In this document: in pieces, positions 27,473 to 33,857 of the stretch
How positions within the stretch are numbered: the stretch's first letter is position 1
Layout of the letters: every line of letters begins with the position of its first letter
IMG/VR virus record: IMGVR_UViG_3300020248_000002
Reading direction: 5' to 3' (one strand)
Origin: a virus
Length of the DNA: 64,000 bases
Notes under the pieces: model-generated
Seen by the model: only the letters and a program-made list of their open reading frames with translations
Database searches by the model: none
What the model was told of the DNA's origin: nothing
Translations under genes and position numbers: made by a program

Positions 27473-27696
27473 TGGCATTATGTGACGTATGTGGTAATTT
27501 TGATGATGAGCATACTGACGGAGAACCGTCAATTAGGGCATTACCAGATTATCAACCTGATCTCTATTACTATTGGGATTATCCAATAGAAGAAAAATAT
27601 AATTGGCGAGATCATTTTCCTGATGCTGATTGTCTTTGCGAAATTTGTTTTGATATAGCGAATCAAGAAAAGAAAATCAAATGGGAAAATAATTAA
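27472..27696 (+). CDS. Small Zn-finger-like protein
   Basis: CDVCG...DCLCEIC. Confidence 0.65.
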   Translation: MALCDVCGNFDDEHTDGEPSIRALPDYQPDLYYYWDYPIEEKYNWRDHFPDADCLCEICFDIANQEKKIKWENN

Positions 27697-27774
27697 TTAT
27701 TTCTTAATATTTCATTATTGACATATATCAGAAATATATGCAATAATAAATTATACAAAACAACACTAAAAAAA
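27694..27774 (+). promoter_or_regulatory. Class B element B2
   Basis: TAATTATTTCTTAATATTTCA, TTGACA (27718), TGCAATAAT, CAACACTAAAA leader. Confidence 0.7.
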
Positions 27775-27987
27775 ATGTCAAAAAATCAATTCAATTTCAA
27801 ATATACAGTTGAAACACCCAGATTATTTAATTCTGAGGTATATACTGATGATTTAGAAAAAGCAAAGGATTTATCCTTTGAATTTGGGTTAGATTATGAA
27901 TATTCTTGTGTTCGAGATAACAAAACAGGGGAAATAATTGATGAAACAGGGAACATAATGGGGTTAGTAGAGGAGGGTATCGTATAA
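27775..27987 (+). CDS. Hypothetical protein
   Basis: MSKNQFNF...VRDNKTGEII; start corrected. Confidence 0.65.
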   Translation: MSKNQFNFKYTVETPRLFNSEVYTDDLEKAKDLSFEFGLDYEYSCVRDNKTGEIIDETGNIMGLVEEGIV

Positions 27988-28124
27988 TGTTTACACAAAA
28001 AGAAATCCTCTATATGATAGAGTGTTTAAACTTTCATTATTCAGAAAATGATGACAAGAAAAATGAAATTATTGATGTCAATTCTGACATTTTAATTAAA
28101 TTACATAAGGAGTTAATCAAGTGA
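27987..28124 (+). CDS. Hypothetical protein (45 aa, not in track)
   Basis: MFTQKEILYMIECL...; GAGGAGG SD; TAATG and GTGA overlaps. Confidence 0.55.
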   Translation: MFTQKEILYMIECLNFHYSENDDKKNEIIDVNSDILIKLHKELIK

Positions 28125-28345
28125 AAATTAAGCAACTAATTGAAGAATTGGGTTTATTTGTTGATTATGAAAAATCAACTTGTAAACCTGATGATAACAT
28201 AACATTTTATTATTTGAAGAATAACCATTTAACAAATTGTCAATTTGAAAGTTTTTTCGATTGTAATTATGTTGATATTAATGATAATGTTGATTATGAG
28301 TTTACAATTCAAGATACTAGCGAAATTATGGAGGATTCTAACTAA
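28121..28345 (+). CDS. Acidic hypothetical protein
   Basis: GTG start after AAGGAG. Confidence 0.6.
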   Translation: MKIKQLIEELGLFVDYEKSTCKPDDNITFYYLKNNHLTNCQFESFFDCNYVDINDNVDYEFTIQDTSEIMEDSN

Positions 28346-28587
28346 TGAACCAAAAACAGTTTATCGAAGAAGTTTTTGAAATTGCATACGGAGAAAATGC
28401 GATTAATCGAAATTTCACTTTTGAAGAAGTTATTGAAACATTAAGAGAATTTTCAGATAATGCTTTAATTTTTGAAGAATCAGGTTTAACTAGGGAAGAA
28501 TTAGAGAATATCAGCGAAATTAGTCAAGAGTCCTATAAAAAGGGATATATTGATAGAAAAAAAGATGAATTGTTAAAAAAATGTTAA
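28345..28587 (+). CDS. Acidic hypothetical protein
   Basis: FIEEVFEIAYGENAINR...EV...LREFSDNAL; GGAGG SD. Confidence 0.65.
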   Translation: MNQKQFIEEVFEIAYGENAINRNFTFEEVIETLREFSDNALIFEESGLTREELENISEISQESYKKGYIDRKKDELLKKC

Positions 28588-28664
28588 GATCAATTTTTCC
28601 TATTGCATTATGCTTAATTTTCCCTTATATTGGTTATGTACAAACAACACTAACCTAACCTACT
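28588..28664 (+). promoter_or_regulatory. Class B-related element B3
   Basis: TTGCAT-17-TATATT, CAAACAACACTA leader. Confidence 0.6.
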
Positions 28665-28793
28665 ATGGATAAGGATTTAAAAATGCTTCATAGACTTATC
28701 AAATTTGCAGATAAGGAAATTGCGAAGCAAAACGCTAAAACTGAGATTCTTATAGATCAGTTTAACAACAGAAACAACTTACTTAGAGGTTAA
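28665..28793 (+). CDS. Hypothetical protein (42 aa, not in track)
   Basis: MDKDLKMLHRLIKFADKEIAKQN...; first ORF after B3. Confidence 0.55.
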   Translation: MDKDLKMLHRLIKFADKEIAKQNAKTEILIDQFNNRNNLLRG

Positions 28794-28798
28794 ACAAA

Positions 28799-28933
28799 AT
28801 GAATAAAAGACTAGGTTTAATCTTTTTATTGTTACTTGTAATAAATCCTATTACAGGTAACTTTACAAGAGTTCAAATATCTAAAACTCTTGATTTTACA
28901 TCTAACATAATCCACCCTTATAGGTCATACTAA
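28799..28933 (+). CDS. Small membrane protein (44 aa, not in track)
   Basis: MNKRLGLIFLLLLVINP...; GAGG SD. Confidence 0.5.
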   Translation: MNKRLGLIFLLLLVINPITGNFTRVQISKTLDFTSNIIHPYRSY

Positions 28934-29037
28934 TGGAATTATTTTTACTTATCGGTGGTTGTTATGCCTTATTCATAACTGGTAAAGCAATAGCAACTAA
29001 CCTAGACTACCACGCTATACAAAAGGATAGAAAGTAA
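28933..29037 (+). CDS. Small membrane protein (34 aa, not in track)
   Basis: MELFLLIGGCYALFITGKAIA...; TAATG coupling on both sides. Confidence 0.55.
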   Translation: MELFLLIGGCYALFITGKAIATNLDYHAIQKDRK

Positions 29038-29192
29038 TGAATGATGATTTTATGCCATCAATGAGTGATGACTTAGTTAAACTTGCTGACCAATATGAAG
29101 GCAACTTATTAAACTATTTTTGCGGTATGAGTCCAAAACAAAGTAAAAAGTTTAATAAAATGATAAGAGACTCTAAGAAAAAAAGATTTTAG
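29037..29192 (+). CDS. Hypothetical protein (51 aa, not in track)
   Basis: MNDDFMPSMSDDLVKLADQYEG...; TAATG coupling. Confidence 0.5.
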   Translation: MNDDFMPSMSDDLVKLADQYEGNLLNYFCGMSPKQSKKFNKMIRDSKKKRF

Positions 29193-29270
29193 ATTTTCTT
29201 AACAATTCAATCCACAATAATTAATTACCTATGCTAATATAGGTATATAAGCAAAAAACACTTTTTTAAA
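29193..29270 (+). promoter_or_regulatory. Class B element B4
   Basis: TTTTCTTAACAATTCA box, TGCTAATAT extended -10, AAACACTT leader. Confidence 0.65.
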
Positions 29271-29705
29271 ATGCCAACTTTGACTTTTTCAAAACCCAGT
29301 ATTACAACCGCATTATTCGCTATGATGAAGTGTAATACAAAAGGAACTGGTCTAGGTAATACTGAAGTTATTACTAGGTTAGACGGTTCAAATATTGTTG
29401 ACGTAAAATTTTACGATACAATAATTGCTTCAATCGACCACACACATTTTGGTTATAGGTCGGTTAAATTATACAATGGTGGATTTAGAACCAAAACAAC
29501 TAAAGAGAGATTAAACGCAATTCTTAGTGAACTAACTAAGGATAGAGTTTATATCAAACAAGTAAAAAAACAATGGGTAGTAATTGACACTTTAACTGGT
29601 GCAGAAATTCAATTCTACGAAGGTATGAAAGTATTTGAAAAGCATTTAACTATTTCAGATATTGATTATTTTAACACTAACGGATACTACCCACTAGCAA
29701 GTTAG
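29271..29705 (+). CDS. Conserved phage hypothetical protein
   Basis: NTEV...IA.I...GGFRTKTTKERLNAIL motif. Confidence 0.7.
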   Translation: MPTLTFSKPSITTALFAMMKCNTKGTGLGNTEVITRLDGSNIVDVKFYDTIIASIDHTHFGYRSVKLYNGGFRTKTTKERLNAILSELTKDRVYIKQVKKQWVVIDTLTGAEIQFYEGMKVFEKHLTISDIDYFNTNGYYPLAS

Positions 29706-29708
29706 ATA

Positions 29709-29859
29709 ACTGGCATTAAAAGGTTTTAGTGTTCCCTTTTATGTAAGTCCAGTAATATTAATCATATCTCACACTATGGTTAATATTGTTAGGTTAAATT
29801 GATAAATTTAAAAATTTGGTTTTTTTAAGGTTAGAATTGGGAACTCTAACCTTTTTTTT
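29709..29859 (+). ncRNA. Candidate structured sRNA / 3' UTR RNA
   Basis: ORF-free; consecutive hairpins 29709-29753, 29754-29787 and 29795-29810, then a terminator. Confidence 0.4.
29827..29859 (+). terminator. Intrinsic terminator
   Basis: AAGGTTAGA...TCTAACCTT then T tract. Confidence 0.75.
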
Positions 29860-29863
29860 ATGC

Positions 29864-29940
29864 TTTATTATTTCTTAATATTTCATACTCACATAATGTA
29901 AAAAATATGTTATCATAGTATTAACAACACTAATTACACT
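29864..29940 (+). promoter_or_regulatory. Class B element B5
   Basis: TTATTATTTCTTAATATTTCA, CTCACATA-N10-TATGTTATCAT, ACAACACTA leader. Confidence 0.7.
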
Positions 29941-30183
29941 ATGTTCGAGTTTTATCCTTACGCTACAGAGAAGGGAAATATCCCAAACACTATAGTAAGT
30001 AAAATTAATTTTCCTAATAATAGTTTTGGAGCATCTATCGTTTACTTTGAAAATGATGGATTATATGAACTTGCTTTAACTAATAGTTTTGGAAGATTTA
30101 TAACTGGTAATGGAGCAGAATATAAGTATTCTTGCACATTAGCAGAAATTAACTCATATTTGAGACAATGGAGCGAATATTAA
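29941..30183 (+). CDS. Hypothetical protein
   Basis: FPN.FGASIV...GLYELA motif; single-gene cassette. Confidence 0.65.
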   Translation: MFEFYPYATEKGNIPNTIVSKINFPNNSFGASIVYFENDGLYELALTNSFGRFITGNGAEYKYSCTLAEINSYLRQWSEY

Positions 30184-30206
30184 GAGAATATTAAATTCTC
30201 TTTTTT
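30182..30206 (+). terminator. Intrinsic terminator
   Basis: AAGAGAAT-attaa-ATTCTCTT then T tract. Confidence 0.6.
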
Positions 30207-30267
30207 ACTCTCACATATTTTAAAAAATATGTTATCATTAATTTATACAAAACACTTTTTTCCCAAA
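30207..30267 (+). promoter_or_regulatory. Class B element B6
   Basis: CTCACATATTT-taaa-AAATATGTTATCAT, CAAAACACTT leader. Confidence 0.7.
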
Positions 30268-30549
30268 ATGTACAAAATTGCAAATTTCACTCTTGACCTA
30301 TCTACAATTACAACAGAGGATTTAGTCAAAGTATTAGATAAAAAATTTAACTATTGTGGCAACTGGAAGGCAACAGTTTATTCACAGAAAAATTTAGAAG
30401 ATATTGCCCATAATGTTTTACAAGTTTTATATAAACGTGATTCTTGGGTATATGATAATGAAATTTATGTTTCAAGCGAAGTTTTAGAAACTGTTTTAGA
30501 GACAGTAATTCACATTTATGAGGGATATGTAAACCTTAAGAGATTGTAA
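30268..30549 (+). CDS. Hypothetical protein
   Basis: MYKIANFTL...; start corrected; single-gene cassette. Confidence 0.6.
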   Translation: MYKIANFTLDLSTITTEDLVKVLDKKFNYCGNWKATVYSQKNLEDIAHNVLQVLYKRDSWVYDNEIYVSSEVLETVLETVIHIYEGYVNLKRL

Positions 30550-30564
30550 AAAATCTCTTTTTTT
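30538..30564 (+). terminator. Intrinsic terminator
   Basis: AAGAGATT...AATCTCTT then T tract. Confidence 0.6.
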
Positions 30565-30621
30565 ATTCCCATAAATCAAAAATTTATGTTATCATTAATT
30601 TAACAACACTAATTTCCCAAA
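30565..30621 (+). promoter_or_regulatory. Class B element B7
   Basis: CATAAAT-caaaa-ATTTATGTTATCAT, ACAACACTA leader. Confidence 0.7.
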
Positions 30622-31161
30622 ATGCAAACTTTATCTAACTCTCAGCAAACTAGACTAGACAAAATCAATGCTGACCTAAGAAAGTCAAGAGTTTTAGAAC
30701 TTAATGAAATTGTTAACCGTAGTTTACAATTTTCTACTGATTATGGAGTAGAATTTTCTAAAGTCTCAGAAATAGCACTTGATGAGGGAACAGAGAGACT
30801 AGACGAAATTCAAGAATTTCAAGAGACTTTCAACTTAGATATAGATGACGCTATTGAAGAAATTGACACATACGAAAATGTTTGTAATGAGTTACGTTAC
30901 TTCGATTCCCCAGTTGATGAAATTATTGAAGCATTTATTAACTTATTCAGTATAAACGACTTAATGCACTTAGAAGAGTCCTATAGAGGAAAATACTACA
31001 GCGGAGCAGAATTTACAGAGGAATTAATCGCAGAATGTGGTTATATTTCTAACTCACTTCCAAGTTGGATAGAGAACTGTATCGACTACGAAAAAATTTG
31101 GAATCATTCTCTAAGTTATGACTATTGCGAATGGGATAACCATATTTTTAGCAATTTCTAA
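30622..31161 (+). CDS. ArdA-like antirestriction (DNA-mimic) protein
   Basis: EESYRGKYYSGAEFTEELI.ECG...LPSWIENCIDYEKIW...DY...HIF; strongly acidic. Confidence 0.7.
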   Translation: MQTLSNSQQTRLDKINADLRKSRVLELNEIVNRSLQFSTDYGVEFSKVSEIALDEGTERLDEIQEFQETFNLDIDDAIEEIDTYENVCNELRYFDSPVDEIIEAFINLFSINDLMHLEESYRGKYYSGAEFTEELIAECGYISNSLPSWIENCIDYEKIWNHSLSYDYCEWDNHIFSNF

Positions 31162-31192
31162 GTAAAAAAGGGTTTTAATTAATCTTATATAT

Positions 31193-31221
31193 AAAGGGAC
31201 TATTAACAAGTCCCTTTTTTT
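31193..31221 (+). terminator. Intrinsic terminator
   Basis: AAAGGGACT-attaaca-AGTCCCTTT then T tract. Confidence 0.8.
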
Positions 31222-31234
31222 ATTATCCTTTAAA

Positions 31235-31600
31235 ATGATGACTATTTACACGTTTAAAAAAGTAGATGCGGAGACATTTATAGACGATAGCGGAAACATA
31301 TATAAACCTTTACCACTATATGAAGATTATTACATTAAGGAGAATGGCGAGGTCTATTCAACTAAGTGGGGAAAGTGGAAAAAACTTAGGACTCATATTA
31401 ATGAAAACGGTTACAAGAGAGTGACTTTACGACATAACGGTAAGACCGTAGTAAGGAGAATTGCTAGACTTGTTGCAAGTGCTTTTTTAAATGCGGAGAC
31501 TTCAGAAAGTGGACTAACTAACCCTATAGAACATAAGCAAGTGAGACATATAGATGGGAACAAAGTAAACGATCATTTTAAAAACTTGCGGTATAAGTAA
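31235..31600 (+). CDS. NUMOD4-HNH endonuclease-like protein, C-terminally short
   Basis: YYIKENGEVYS...GYKRVTL...RLVASAFL...VRHIDGNKVND...NL. Confidence 0.75.
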   Translation: MMTIYTFKKVDAETFIDDSGNIYKPLPLYEDYYIKENGEVYSTKWGKWKKLRTHINENGYKRVTLRHNGKTVVRRIARLVASAFLNAETSESGLTNPIEHKQVRHIDGNKVNDHFKNLRYK

Positions 31601-31773
31601 GCAAAAAACCCTATTAATAAAAAGGTATAAAAAAATATAGTTTATAATTTTATATCTCTTTAAATATCTCTAGGAATAGGAGTCTTAGGAAGTTAGCACG
31701 AAACGGATTTTTTTTCTACCTATTCTGTTACACTATGTCATAATAACTGCAACTTAACATATATTCCCAGATA

Positions 31774-31830
31774 TTCACATATATTAGAATTATTCGCTAT
31801 AATTAATATAACAACACTAACTAACCCACT
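31774..31830 (+). promoter_or_regulatory. Class B-related element B8
   Basis: TTCACA-18-TATAAT, ACAACACTAAC leader. Confidence 0.65.
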
Positions 31831-32040
31831 ATGGAAACTATTAATCTTAATAACATCACTTGGAGACAGTTCACACAGACAAAATATTTTCAGAAAAGAT
31901 TTAATATGGAAAAATTTACTATGGGCGTGTATGGTGCTAACAAATACCTATCTGAAACTCTTGCATATCTCAGAAAAGAAAATGCGATCCTAGTAGATGG
32001 CGAGAAACTACAATTTCCTAATGAGGGGTGCTTATACTAA
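31831..32040 (+). CDS. Hypothetical protein
   Basis: Last cassette ORF of the early island. Confidence 0.6.
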   Translation: METINLNNITWRQFTQTKYFQKRFNMEKFTMGVYGANKYLSETLAYLRKENAILVDGEKLQFPNEGCLY

Positions 32041-32069
32041 TAGCACCATTCTCAATAAGTGACACAGGT

Positions 32070-32094
32070 GAGAATGAAAACGATTATCATTTTC
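32070..32094. promoter_or_regulatory. Fur-box-like operator
   Basis: AATGAAAAC-G-ATTATCATT versus the AATGATAAT-N-ATTATCATT consensus (16/18). Confidence 0.45.
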
Positions 32095-32098
32095 GCCT

Positions 32099-32120
32099 TG
32101 TGACAGTTGGCAAAGTGGCA
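32099..32120. repeat. Orphan class A palindrome A9
   Basis: TGTGACAG-N8-GTGGCA with no -35/-10 at the usual spacing. Confidence 0.45.
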
Positions 32121-32233
32121 TATTAAAAAATTCCATTTTGTCTAACCTACAAAAGTATAGGGTTTGCTATATTATCGAAAACGCATTTAAGGTACCCTGA
32201 TATATAAAAAAAATCCCAAAAAAAATTTTACGT

Positions 32234-32653
32234 ATGGACCATTTGCTAAAAAAGTACGAGGATGATTACTCCCCTTGGTTAGGTCGCCCTTGGAAACAGC
32301 AAAGGGGTGGAGGGTGTTTCACACTCATCTATGATTATATGAAGGATACTGGAGTACAGGAGTTCTCTCAGGACTACTCTCTTACAGTTAGGGAATACAA
32401 GTTAGAGGATATAGAAGGAGAGGGTTGGAGCATTATCTTCGAGAAAGAAGAAGGTGACTGTGAATTTGACTCAGGTATTTTGAAAAAGAACGACGTGATA
32501 TGCTTCTCATTTGGGGGTGATAAAATAAAGCACGCAGCGATATATTTGGGTGATGGGTTAATACTTCAACACAAGTATGCGTACGTTAGTAATCTAGAAT
32601 ACATAAAATCCTATATACCATTGATACGCTATATTTTACGAAAGAATGAGTAA
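32234..32653 (+). CDS. NlpC/P60 family peptidase (tail-associated)
   Basis: WLGRPW...GCFTL...DVI.F...KHAAIYLGDG.ILQH (Cys-His-His). Confidence 0.8.
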   Translation: MDHLLKKYEDDYSPWLGRPWKQQRGGGCFTLIYDYMKDTGVQEFSQDYSLTVREYKLEDIEGEGWSIIFEKEEGDCEFDSGILKKNDVICFSFGGDKIKHAAIYLGDGLILQHKYAYVSNLEYIKSYIPLIRYILRKNE

Positions 32654-32810
32654 ACGATTTCTAGTTCCCATCGAGGAAGATGACTATGGTGAAATGACTT
32701 TTAAGATACCAGATACGATAGTTGAAGAACTTGGATGGGGAGTAGGAGATATGTTACAATATGATATAGAGGACGATCATTTTATTATCCGTAAGGCAGA
32801 TGACATTTAA
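32646..32810 (+). CDS. AbrB/MazE/SpoVT-like DNA-binding protein (54 aa, not in track)
   Basis: GEMTFKIPDTIVEELGWGVGDMLQYDIEDDHFIIRK. Confidence 0.7.
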   Translation: MSKRFLVPIEEDDYGEMTFKIPDTIVEELGWGVGDMLQYDIEDDHFIIRKADDI

Positions 32811-32967
32811 CTCAAAAGAACTTGGTTTAATCTACAAGGCAGTAGACTTGTATAAGAACTCACTGTCACAGTATCAGTCTGTGGAGTATGAAGATTGTGA
32901 AGAAATATTAGATAGAATAACACCGAATGTGTCCAGATATAGGGGACACTATGTTTGTGACCACTAG
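32800..32967 (+). CDS. Hypothetical protein (55 aa, not in track)
   Basis: MTFNSKELGLIYKAV...CEEILD. Confidence 0.55.
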   Translation: MTFNSKELGLIYKAVDLYKNSLSQYQSVEYEDCEEILDRITPNVSRYRGHYVCDH

Positions 32968-33036
32968 AGAGGCATTTAGAGGGGTCTGACGTGAGAATCG
33001 TTACCCCCGCGTCGTCGTAACTATTCTGAAATCGTG

Positions 33037-33573
33037 ATGAATTTTGAACTAATCGATAACTTCCTCCCCCCGAACGAATTTGAGGAGATCCAAGACTACT
33101 TTACGGGGCAAGACTTTCCGTGGTATGTAAACCAAGCGAAGGTAATGCACGTTGCCCGAATGGTAGATCCTGAGTTGCAAGCGAAAGAGATATATAACTG
33201 GCAAATGGTAAACTACGTATATGGAGGAGGACAACCTCTAGGACCTCAGTATGAGAAGGTATTACCTATAATAAACAGATTACAACCAAGAGCACTGATA
33301 CGTATAAAGGCAAACCTAAACCACCATACAGATAAACTACAGGAATATGACTTTCATACAGACTGTGGTGAGTATGGGTCTAATGAATTTGAAGGTGCTA
33401 CCACTGCAATATACTATCTAAATGACAATAATGGTTATACATACTTTCAAGACGGTACTAAAGTTGACAGTAAGGCAAATCGTTTGCTACAATTTAAGGT
33501 GAATACACCTCACGCAGGTACCAGTTGCACAGACCAAAAGTTCCGTGTAGTATTGAATTTTAATTATTTTTAA
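33037..33573 (+). CDS. 2OG-Fe(II) oxygenase
   Basis: IDNFL...FPW...FHTD...TAIYYLNDNNGYT.F...PHAGTSCTD..RVVLNFNYF. Confidence 0.88.
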   Translation: MNFELIDNFLPPNEFEEIQDYFTGQDFPWYVNQAKVMHVARMVDPELQAKEIYNWQMVNYVYGGGQPLGPQYEKVLPIINRLQPRALIRIKANLNHHTDKLQEYDFHTDCGEYGSNEFEGATTAIYYLNDNNGYTYFQDGTKVDSKANRLLQFKVNTPHAGTSCTDQKFRVVLNFNYF

Positions 33574-33857
33574 TGGAAAACCAAGAAGATCTAGTAATAC
33601 CTCAAGATATAGAGGTACCTAACTTTAAATCTATAGAGGAGGAGAACGAGTGGAGGTTTGAGATGATAGCAAAGACTGCTACTAACCTTGCTAACCGTAC
33701 TCAGCAGATAGAAGCATTTTTAAGTAGAGGTGCTGATATGATACAATATAAAGTTCCTGGAAACGATAATCACAGTAATCTACTACAGGTATTTGATACT
33801 ATTTTTGACAGACTAAATAAAATTGAAGAAACTCTAGCACAAATGGATGCCCGCTAA
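33573..33857 (+). CDS. Hypothetical protein
   Basis: TAATG coupling; coiled-coil C-terminus. Confidence 0.65.
   Translation: MENQEDLVIPQDIEVPNFKSIEEENEWRFEMIAKTATNLANRTQQIEAFLSRGADMIQYKVPGNDNHSNLLQVFDTIFDRLNKIEETLAQMDAR

Noticed and set aside
29767-29774. Loop TCTCACAC as a Yfr1 sRNA homologue
   Set aside because: Only 7 nt of the ACTCCTCACAC motif match, and it sits in a loop rather than between two stems
18102-31830. Repeat array as CRISPR
   Set aside because: Repeats are degenerate promoters separated by 0.3-1.8 kb of genes; no constant spacer length and no cas genes
32646-32967. AbrB-like gene plus next ORF as a toxin-antitoxin pair
   Set aside because: The downstream 55-aa ORF is too short and shows no MazF, PIN or Doc motif
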